NCBI RefSeq assembly: GCF_006345805.1
Contig: NW_021832169.1
Span: 1-31,852 of the forward strand
Direction: 5' to 3'
Origin: Octopus sinensis
Taxonomy: Eukaryota
DNA length: 31,852 nucleotides
Made by a program: the position numbers and the translations under genes. Below the pieces are notes generated by a model. The model worked only from the letters and a program-made list of their open reading frames with translations, did not search any database and was not told where the DNA came from. Shown piece by piece: positions 22,482-31,852 of this stretch (positions are counted from its first letter, which is position 1; every line of letters begins with the position of its first letter).

Positions 22482-23896
22482 CAATAATAACGACAATGAG
22501 AACCACATTTACGAGCAGTGAAGAAAATGCTGGCCACATAGAAGATTATAATGGCGAACATGACGAAAATGGTTGCTAAATAACTAGAAACTGTTAATTT
22601 TGGTATTATGATTATTACGGGAAGAATAATAATATTTTTTTGGTTAGTTTCGTATTTAAAATAACTTTAGAAGAAGTGATAGTACAGGCGGTAGTGAGAG
22701 AAAGGGTGATAGTGTTAGCGATGGTATTTGTATTGATGATACTGATGATGGAAGTGGGCGCCATGGTGGATCATCTGCGTTTGGCGATTTCAATTTAGCA
22801 CCATCATGGATTGGAAGTAACGTATTTAGACATACATATATGAATGCAAGTTTAAGCCGACCATTTTCGTAGGTAAAAATATAAAGTAAAATACTTTATT
22901 TTATTATAAGCAATATACTTATAATAAAATTAAATAAACGTCCCTCACTAGCACGATTTATAAACATTGCCTTTTAGTAAATGTTTATATTGGTATTAAT
23001 TTGATACTGATCATTCCATAGTGGTTACTTCTTTTCATTTTTACCAGTACACATGCACGCACTCACATGCATTTTATAAGTACTCAGAAATAACTGTGCA
23101 TACATGTGTGTGTATGAGTGTGTGTGTGTATGTGTGTGCGTGCGTGTGTGTGTGCTCTTATGAAAGATAGGATACAATAAAATACGAACTTTCAAATCTG
23201 TGCCCTTTTCTCTCTCTCTCTCTTTGTGTGTGTATAAATACATACATACATATATGTATGTCTGTATTTCATTCTCTTTTATTTCCTCTCTCTCTCTTTC
23301 CTCCTCTCTCTTTTCTTTTTAATAGCTTAACTTAGGAATTCATAATCTTGACTGAGGTTGGATTTCCAAATAATAATAAAATATATATATATATATATAT
23401 AAATATAGATAAAATAAAAAAAAAAACACTGAGACATTGGCTGTAATAGAAGCGTGCAACACCTTTTTTCTTTTTGTTTTGATTTCGTTAACAGCTTCTA
23501 TATCGACTAGAGTTTTTTGGTTGGGGTATCGAAAATTAGAAATATTGTACAGAGTAAATGTATATGATGAATGATTATTTTTTTAGCGTTTTTTAGAAGG
23601 AAAAAAAAAACAATACTGAAAAATACGACGTTTGGAAGACGATAAACATACATTAATAATTTTATCAAAAACAATTTTTAAAAAAATGATGGTGGCAATT
23701 CTCTTTCGATGCAAACAAAATGGCAGGGAAAAGAAATTGTCATATTGCTGAGTGAAACAATGAATATTGCTGTTGAAACTTGTTATTCAGTATCATCACA
23801 GTTTTAATCGAGTGATCAGTGATCAAAGACGTTTAAGCTATAGCCATCCCGTCTTTCATATTCTGACAGTCATTTAGGACTACATTATCCACTGTG

Positions 23897-23949
23897 ATCC
23901 TCCGATAAGGTCAGAATTAGGAAAGGTATCCTCCGATAAGGTCAGAATT
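23897..23949. repeat. Short direct duplication (22 bp, 31-bp period)
   Basis: atcctccgataaggtcagaatt at 23897-23918 and 23928-23949. Confidence 0.9.
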
Positions 23950-24408
23950 TGGAACGGTAGTTGGCTGCACGCATGAGTCGTATTTCTTCCGCATGCATGA
24001 ATATAAGTTGTCATTATAAAATCTCTGAAGTTCTTCTTTCTGGGAATTGTTTATTTACTTAAATATTCAGTCGAGACTGTTTTTGCATGGCGAAAATTAC
24101 GAAGAGCACCCTGTATTTTTCGCTTCTGTCTGTACTTAGTACAACTTCAGCAAATATTCTACTGAGATTGCAGCGTTGAGGATGGTGAATATGTTCATGA
24201 TAATGAATAATGATGAAGATGAAGATAATGATGATGAAGATGAGGATAATGATGACGACGATGATGATTCTGTAATGTCGTTTATATTAGGGTCATCAAC
24301 ACAACTTCCGAAATACTTCAGATATTTAAATCTTAGAAGAATATATATATATATATAATTATATATATATATATATATATATAAGTTTTAGTTAGGATAT
24401 TGCACATC

Positions 24409-24414
24409 TTTATT
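24409..24414 (-). terminator. Candidate polyadenylation signal (AATAAA) for Snail
   Basis: tttatt on the plus strand about 850 nt downstream of the stop; another at 24050-24055. AT-rich context makes this weak. Confidence 0.25.
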
Positions 24415-24718
24415 TTTTGACTATGCTTATCATGATTTTATGTTTGTGTAGTGATCTATCCACATGCTCTCACTATTTGTCTGTCAGTCTGTTAGTCTGT
24501 CTGTCTCTGTTTGTCTGTCCCTGTCTGTCTGTTTGCCTGTCTGTCTGTCTGTCTCTCTCTCTCTACCCCTCTCTTTTTCAATCTATCTACTTAGGAGTGT
24601 ATATTTGTTTTTGTGTAGCTTTATATGTCTGTGTTTATATGTTTGTGCATGTCTGCCTAATGTAAATATATAAGTGACTTTTGACTTCTCTTTCGCTGTA
24701 TTGCAATATCATCATGCT

Positions 24719-24761
<43 letters not shown>

Positions 24762-25159
24762 TATATATGTACATGCCTATGAACATCGCAGGATCGTATA
24801 CACGTTCATAAATATTTATACATATACGGAAGAAAATATATGCATATGTACACTCACATACATTAGCATTTACATATTGCTTTGATCAGGAAACATTTAA
24901 TTTCCAATATTATTCATTTTTTAACGAGATCTTGAAAGTTAGATAATGATATTGGGATATTTTTGAGCAAGTTCAAGACTCCCAATTTAAACGGGAGTGG
25001 GAAATTGGACATTGTAGTGGGTTTGTTTTTCTCATTAGCATTGTTAGAGTAAGTGAAGTGAGATTACTTCAACCATGTATCAGAACCAGTTCAATGACGG
25101 ATTTGGTCGGCCGGGTATTTACTTCTTACTCTAAGGAAATCACCTCAAACGAGGCAATA

Positions 25160-25227
25160 ATATTCTCTTATTCTTTTACTCGTTTCAGTCAGCTGACTGT
25201 GGCCATGCTGGAGCACCACCTTGAATA
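25160..25227 (-). mobile_element. 3' fragment of SINE module C in the presumptive Snail 3' UTR
   Basis: Minus strand: ttcaaggtggtgctccagcatggccacagtcagctgactgaaacgagtaaaagaataagagaata, matching the module C tail and starting about 30 nt after the stop codon. Confidence 0.8.
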
Positions 25228-25258
25228 CATTAATCTTTTTTTTTTTCATATGAAGATT

Positions 25259-26319
25259 CTATCGTACGAGTCGATGACAGCTACTTTCCTCGTGTTTCGA
25301 AAGTAGCGACATTCTAGAGAATGTCTTCGTACATGCTTTACAGCTGTATTTTTTTACGTCTGAATGTGTTTGGAAATGAGCTCTGAGATTTGATCTATCG
25401 GCGAATGCTCGGCCACAATGAGTACATTTAAAAGGCTTTTCTCCAGTATGTGTCCTTATGTGGCCCTGCAGTAACCAAGGTCTAGAAAAGGCTTTACCGC
25501 ATACTTTACACTTGCACGGAAGTGTATGAGTCCGAATATGCATTTTCAACGCACCAAGAGACAGGTATGTCTTGTTGCAGTATTTACAATTAAATTCTTT
25601 TTTCACTTGAGTGCTGCAATGATACTGTTTGTGTCTGGAAAGACCACTTAATGTAGAATAGCTTTTGTTGCATGCTTCACAAACAAAACGCGATGTTAAT
25701 TCGCTGTCGGAGCTATTGCGTGCTTTTCTTTTCTCAACGGAGACCGTTGAATCAATGCTACGCGGCGAATGTTCAAGTGAAGATGTTGGAGACATGTTCA
25801 TTAATAATAAATCTAAGTGCTGTTGGGAGAGTTTCGCATCGAAATCATACCTGTCGATTCGTTTGCTTTCCGGAAACAGTCGATCCGGACTCGGCGTTAA
25901 TCTCGAGAAACATGGAGAATTATGATGATGTACAGCACTGGGAATAATTGGAAGGCAAGGTATAAAGTGAGAACGCCGGTAGAGAGCGGCGTCTTGTTTG
26001 TAGAGATGTAGCGGGAAATGAGGATCGTTCGGCGAAGTTATTGGTGGAAGTGTTGGAATCGAACAGTGAGTTGATACATAGCCTGGTGGGTTTGGATGAT
26101 GATGTAAGGAATGAGGTGGTAATAAAGTCTGTGTCGGCCATCCTGGCAGGTCAAGTTGGCGCGGTGCTTGAGAGGGACTGGTACTTGGTGAGTGACTGGA
26201 ATGAGGCAGATCGATGACACAAGGTTGACAAGGACTCAGCTTCTCTTTAGTAACTGGAGCAATCACATGCTGCGGTACCCGGTGGCAGTTAGCATCCAAA
26301 CAGTTAAGTTCTAGGGTAA
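25259..26319 (-). CDS. snail: Snail-family C2H2 zinc-finger transcription factor, main coding exon (5'-partial; first exon not found)
   Basis: The ORF encodes five C-terminal fingers with Snail-diagnostic sequences: [86 protein letters not shown], and a final C2HC finger [22 protein letters not shown]. The fingers lie at about 25687-25275, after a Pro/Ser/His-rich region. The ORF-track start (TTG, 26335) sits in a polypyrimidine tract, tttttttggtcttttttctAG (AG at 26321-26320, minus), which reads as a phase-1 splice acceptor. Stop TAG at 25261-25259. Confidence 0.95.
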
Positions 26320-26340
26320 CTAGAAAAAAGACCAAAAAAA
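26320..26340 (-). other. 3' splice acceptor of the intron preceding the Snail coding exon
   Basis: Minus strand reads TTTTTTTGGTCTTTTTTCTAG|TTACCCTAG: a pyrimidine tract plus AG directly before the open frame. A second AG at 26312-26311 is an alternative acceptor. Confidence 0.75.
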
Positions 26341-26457
26341 AATATATATTAAGTTGGAAAGTAATTTCATTTAGACATTAAAGAATTGGTTTAGAAACTG
26401 CAAAAATGTGAAAATATGAACAAGGATAGAACGGGGTTAGTAAATAAATAATGATAA

Positions 26458-26671
26458 CCCCTTTCTGCTATAAAGCACAAAGCCTGAAATTTTGGGAGAA
26501 GAGGATTAATCAATTACATTGATCCTAGTGTTCACCAGGTATTTATTTTATCGACTCTGAAAGGACGAAAGGCTAAGTCGACCTCAGCGGAATTTGAACT
26601 CAGAACATAAAGCCGAAGGAAATGCCGATATGCATTTTGTCCCGCGTGATAACGATTCTGCCAGTTCGCGC
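26458..26671 (-). mobile_element. Family B SINE in the intron upstream of the Snail exon
   Basis: Reverse complement: gaactggcagaatcgtta...ctgagttcaaattccgctgaggtcgacttagcctttcgtcctttcagagtcgataaaataaatacc. Confidence 0.8.
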
Positions 26672-26777
26672 AATATTTTTACTTTGTTTATATTTCTAAT
26701 GAGCAATATCAAAACATGTTAATACACACAATATGATTTTTGGGTTAATACACAAAATTTACAAAATTCAAATGCCA

Positions 26778-26848
<71 letters not shown>

Positions 26849-26905
26849 GTCTCTCTCTCTCTCACTGACTCACTCTCTCACTTACTCACTCTCTCTCACA
26901 GACTC

Positions 26906-26938
<33 letters not shown>
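26778..26938. repeat. (TCTG)n then (TC)n microsatellite; degenerate (CATC)n tract at ~27200-27520
   Basis: Direct reading. Confidence 0.93.
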
Positions 26939-26940
<2 letters not shown>

Positions 26941-28439
26941 AATTCTATTCACTTGAAGGTGATCCACCTCTAGAATCAGATATTGGTTTCAAATATGTCC
27001 AGAGTAACAACATAAGTCTACATGAAAAGCATACAACTTTATATGATGTCTATATTAATGTCTAATGTTAAGTTGATTACATTAACTACATGCTTCTTTT
27101 ATATAGAATATTACGACGTCATTTGCGGAAAATTTGGCGGTAAAGTCGATGGGTTTCTTGTCTTTTTTTTTTATAAATTAGCTATGTCAATTCACATACC
27201 CATATATCCATCCGTCCTTTCCTCTCACCATCCCTTCAATATCCATCCATCCAGCTATCCATATATCAGTTAGTTGTCCCTCCGTCCCTCCCTCTATTCA
27301 TCCATTCCTCCATCCATCAATTCATCCACCATTTCATTTATCCATCCACTCACCCAGTCGTCTGCCAAACCACCCGTTATTTTTATTCATTCATCCACCA
27401 ATCCCTCTATCCACTTATTCGTCTGTCCGACCGTCAGTTCGTCTGTCTGTCCAATTCGCCAGTCACCACCATTGTCCCATTCGTCCGTCCGTCCGTCCAT
27501 CCATCCATCTATCTGCACCAGTACCCCAATCACCACTCTTCGTCTCTGCTTCAGAAATAAAAGACACACACCTTGGTAACAGAAAACAAGATTTAAAAAA
27601 AGAAAGAAAGGAAAAAAAACCCCAAAAACTAATTAAATAAGTAAATCGTTTAAAGTAACCAGGAATGGAATTGTCAAGAACGGAAGCACCCATCAGCGCT
27701 CTCTCCGCTCTCTTATCTCTCTCCATACCGCTCTCTTCACTTCTCTCTCTTCTCATTGTTTATATATCTACCATTATCATCTATTGGCATATGCCAAACC
27801 CCGCCTTTTGCTGCATACTTATACATGTCTGCCATCATACAGATACGCTTACGTTCAATTGAACAACAGAAACTAACGAAGGGAGCTAAAACCCGGTTTC
27901 ATGACATGGTAGAAATAGTATCCATGCCTTCCTCAAATCAGACTCTTAAATTTCTAAAATAAATTAAAGACATATTTGATAAGATGTCAGGATGAAAACG
28001 AGATAGTTATGGCTGGAAGCACCTCGGTCGATAACAACAGCGACAACAACAAACTCGCTTTGTACTCACGTATATATGTTTCTTCTTAAATATGGATAAC
28101 TTCTCTATCGCTCTAACAAAGCCATATCATCATTTCCAGGGCTACTTCACCTTCCTAACCACCACTACAATTAATGTGACAATGAAAACACTTTTGTGTA
28201 TATTGTAATCTATGGTTTTCTAGCGATTTGCTTGTGCGTTCAGGTATGAATTTATGTGAATGAATAATTGTTGGAGATTGAGAGAGTGGGTGAGAAGGAG
28301 AGAGAGGTGGGAAGAAGAGAGAGAGAGAGTGAGAGAGACGTAGAGAAAGAAGGGCAAAGCATAGGTAAATTGAATGTAAGCGAAACATGGTTGATGTCAG
28401 CTGTTTATGCGAGTTAGTGTATATGCATGTGTAAGTGTG

Positions 28440-28580
28440 CTACTCGTTTGTAAATATTGTAAAAGTGGAATAAAATGCCGGTCACTTTTGTAATTCTGTG
28501 CGCTCGTGTCGACGTGTGCGCCTGCATGACGCATAAGCACGCGTATATACGTTCACGCGAGTATGCGTAAATGAGCGTGT
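28440..28580. promoter_or_regulatory. CpG-dense patch upstream of the Snail exon, candidate promoter or regulatory element
   Basis: 12 CpG dinucleotides in 28501-28567 in an otherwise CpG-poor window, a perfect palindrome CGTATATACG (28542-28551), and a TGACG half-site. It could also be a degenerate (CA/TG) repeat. Confidence 0.3.
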
Positions 28581-28689
28581 CCTTCTGTGTGAATGAGAGT
28601 ATGTATGAAACGTTTCAGTATGTAATTTTCTTCTTATTATAATTAATAGTTACATATTATTTGCTCTGTTGCTGGTCACATTAAAGTAG

Positions 28690-28775
28690 GTGTTAAAGTG
28701 TCTTTCGGGCCGGTGTGGGAATCGAAATTACGATCTTGCGATCATGAGTGATCACTTGCCCACGCGCCCTCATGC
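28690..28775 (-). mobile_element. Isolated tRNA-like SINE head, same family as 29752-30004
   Basis: cggtgtgggaatcgaaattacgatcttgcgatcatgagt...ccacgcgccc parallels cggtccaggaatcgaaaccacaaccatacgatcatgagt...ccacgcgccc. Confidence 0.6.
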
Positions 28776-28818
28776 AGTACTGAGTACATTTCACACCGGC
28801 TTCAAATCACCATCTACA

Positions 28819-28876
<58 letters not shown>

Positions 28877-29314
28877 TATATATCATATATATATATATAT
28901 ATAGATATATATATAGTGTGTGTGTGTGTGTATCTGTCTCTCGATGGAGGAATAATATCTATAGTAGCCAGTTCTATAAGGTGTTTGGAGCTTTTCATAA
29001 GTACATACATGTACACACGCATGTAGGGCAAGCACTGCAATCACAGTCAAGGCAAGATTGGTGTAACATGTTTACATATCAGCAAAGCTTGGACAGTACT
29101 CAAATGTCTCTGCGTAATTACAGAATTCTAAGGTTTTAGTAGAATCTGAAATGGAACTTTTCCCCCACAATGTTTGAATCTATGTTACCTTATGGCTCTT
29201 CCATCTGGAATCTATTCAGAAGGTTTAAAATTATGACGGATGTCATCAACACATGCTTGCTTTGCTCCGTTTTGAAATGTTCTGAAATGAACACTCAATC
29301 AAAGAGGCGTGTTT

Positions 29315-29720
29315 TTGTGGATGAGAGGTATGCTTCCCAAACATGCGGTCTTGGGTTCAGCTCCACTGCACGGCACCTTGGGCAAGTGTTTCCTACTATA
29401 TCTCCGGGCTGACCAAAGCATAGTGAGTGAATTAGGCAGATGGAAATTGTGTGGAAGCCGGTCGTATACATACATACATACATTTACACACAGATATATC
29501 ATATATATATTCAAGTGTATCATTGTGTTTGTGCTTGTCATCCACCATCAATGGTGGCTTGTTTATTTCCTGTAACTTAGCGGTTCGGTAAAAAGAGACC
29601 GATAGTATAAGTACCAGGCTTAAAAAATATGTACTGGAGTCGATTTGTTCTACTAAACCCTTCAAGCTGGTGCCCCAGCATGACTGCAGCCCAATGACTA
29701 AAATAAGTAAAATATGAAAG
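29315..29720 (+). mobile_element. Composite SINE (A 29315-29465, short TA/CA tract, C ~29520-29720) inserted into the RTE remnant
   Basis: cggcaccttgggcaagtgtttcctactata...; tgtaacttagcggttcggtaaaaagagaccgatag...ggtgccccagcatgactgcagc. Confidence 0.8.
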
Positions 29721-29751
29721 ATAATCTAATAAGCTCATAAGGCACCATTAG

Positions 29752-30004
29752 GTAAGGTAAAGGCGAAGGTACCTTCTCGAGCCATGCTGACTCACAAGGG
29801 CCAGTTTCCTGGTTTCATGGCGTATATATTCCCCGCCTGGACAGGATGCCGGTCCATTGCAGGGTTACTCATTTTTGCCAGCTGAGTGGACTGGAGCAAA
29901 GTGAAATGAAGCGTTTTACTGAAGAACGCAACGGATCGCCCGGTCCAGGAATCGAAACCACAACCATACGATCATGAGTCCAACACTGAGCCACGCGCCC
30001 CCAC
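29752..30004 (-). mobile_element. Full-length tRNA-derived SINE (MetaSINE-like) with 14-bp target-site duplication
   Basis: Flanked by taaggcaccattag (29738-29751) and taagacaccattag (30005-30018), one mismatch. tRNA-like head at the right end, (ACCTT)-like tail at the left. Central ctggacaggatgccggtccattgcagggttac resembles recalled MetaSINE sequence. Confidence 0.75.
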
Positions 30005-30212
30005 TAAGACACCATTAGAGAAAACAATAATTCGCGTTGCTGGACACTGCTGGACAAGTAAGAAAGAGCTGGTTGGGGACACCCTACTTTGGACACCTCG
30101 ACTGAGTGGAAACCGTGTTGGTCGCCCTGTGAAGACATACGTCACCCATTTAACAGATGATACAGTGACATTCCTTTAAAGATAGAGACGGGCGGAGGAT
30201 TAGGTCACGGTC

Positions 30213-30320
<108 letters not shown>

Positions 30321-30439
30321 GTGTTTATGCATATGTAAATAAATATATATAATTATCATTTCTATACATCCGTACGTACACAAACGAATATACGCGCGCG
30401 TGCACACACACACACATACACACATAAGCATATACACAC

Positions 30440-30507
<68 letters not shown>

Positions 30508-31013
30508 GTGTTGTATGATGTATGTATATTATATGTGTGTATGTGTATGATTGATAATCATAAGCACATACACATATAATCAAAGTTGGATCTGAGTGAC
30601 GACTGACACAAATGATATTATTGCACTCTACCTATACATACATACATACATACATACATACATACATACATAGTATGTGTGTGTGTTTATATACACGTAT
30701 TCACATACATACACATGCATGCACACACACACACGTATGTATATATAAATTATAATTTTCATGTTGTCTTTGTGTGCGGTTATCACCTTTGTGATTGGTG
30801 CAAAACGACGCACCTGCTCTGAACAATGAACAAAATAAATGATGCTAAAGAAAATGGAGGGTAAGTGTTGGGTGTGCGGGGTGGTAGTTGTGGGGAAGGA
30901 AAGAAAGACTGGCTCAACGAAGGAACAAAAATTATAATTATTAAATAAAAAAAGAAAAGCAGAGAAAGGATATCGGGAGAAGAGAGAAGAAAAGGGAAGG
31001 GAAAAGTGAGAGG

Positions 31014-31014
<1 letters not shown>

Positions 31015-31071
<57 letters not shown>

Positions 31072-31252
31072 GTGCGGGGGAGACAAATAGATAGAAACAG
31101 GGAGACAAACAGAGAGGGAAGAACTAGAAGCAGAAAGGGAAGAAAAAGACGAAGAAGAAGAAGAAGAAGAAGAAGAAGAAGAAGAAGAAGAAGAAGAAGA
31201 AGAAGAAGAAGAAGAAGAAGAAGAAGAAGAAGAAGAAGAAGAAGAAGAAGAA
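31015..31252. repeat. (AG)n and (AGA)n microsatellites
   Basis: Direct reading; explains the poly-Arg/Glu ORF 31006-31317. Confidence 0.97.
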
Positions 31253-31785
31253 AAGAGGAGAAAGCGAAAAAAATAGAAAGGAAAAGAAAGAAGAAGAAGC
31301 AGCGAAAAGAGAATTAAAAGAGAAAGGGAATAAAAAGGAAGAATGAAAGGAAAATAGAAGCGAAATTGAGAATGAGACGAAAAAAGAAGAAAGTAAAAAA
31401 AGAAAGACTATAGGGATTTAAGGAGGAATTGAACACAGTAAGAAATGAGTTAACGAATGCGCCACTATTTGGTCGTCGGACCTGCTGGATATGATGGGTT
31501 TTACTCCCTATTCTTTTGAAAAGGAAGGGACATATTAGACTATAGAATTTTCGGTACACAAGTCTCGAGAAAAGGATGAAATGACCGTGGATGGAACATC
31601 TGCTCAGCCAGAGATGGCCTGGGGCCTAAAAAAAAAACTGTGACACGAAAATGAAGGGGGTAATCAAGATAGGTTTTGCGAGTGGAGCTCCCCACCCCAA
31701 GGAGTCTAGAAATAGCAGTGAATACTCCCTCAAATTTGCGCTGCAATTCTTTGAAAGTGTGTGTGTGTGTGTGTGTGTATGTGTG

Positions 31786-31831
<46 letters not shown>

Positions 31832-31852
31832 GGGCATATATTTATCTGTATT

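Larger units (their letters stand above)
28960..30212 (+). mobile_element. 3' end of a degenerate RTE-type non-LTR retrotransposon, interrupted by SINEs, ending in a (TCTA)n tail
   Basis: Collinear peptides ISKAWTVLKCLCVI (~29075-29115), FESMLPYGSSIWNL...VLKCSEMNTQSK (29173-29304), then after the insertions NL...TIRE..IRVAGHCWTSKKELVGDTLLWTPRLSGNRVGRPVKTYVTHLTDDT (~29723-29750, 30011-30165). These match the RTE RT C-terminal pattern (ESVLLYGSETW / RFAGHCWR..E / GRPxKTY). Tail 30213-30319. Confidence 0.8.

Noticed and set aside
25340-25420. RAHFQTH instead of the common RAHLQTH in finger 4
   Set aside because: This position varies among Snail proteins. A hydrophobic substitution is not enough to claim altered function.
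26320-26335. TTG start of the 358-aa ORF as the true Snail start
   Set aside because: It lies in an intronic polypyrimidine tract directly before an AG acceptor, and the N-terminus has no SNAG motif.
28155-28388. 77-aa minus-strand ORF as Snail exon 1
   Set aside because: It ends in a stop, includes a (TC)n-derived stretch, has no SNAG similarity, and has no in-frame donor.

Overview
Eukaryotic, AT-rich, microsatellite-saturated DNA. Its SINE and simple-repeat content points to an octopus-type cephalopod genome (inference, no database search run). The only supportable protein-coding sequence is a large minus-strand coding exon of a Snail-family C2H2 zinc-finger gene (25259-26319). I could not find its SNAG-encoding first exon in the window. 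The rest is decayed mobile DNA and tandem repeats: a hAT-like transposase remnant, a Tc1-like DD37E (TRT-type) transposase remnant, a non-autonomous Helitron-like element with internal ~283-bp repeats, an RTE-type LINE 3' end carrying nested SINEs, a possible CR1/L2 fragment, several modular tRNA-derived SINE families, and a short TA-flanked element with a minimal hammerhead-ribozyme-like motif. The least explained structure is an array of about 8 palindromic ~46-bp repeats separated by variable purine-rich linkers (18954-19418). Nearly all other ORFs in the track are microsatellite translations. Repeat family names come from recalled consensus similarity and need Dfam/Repbase confirmation.
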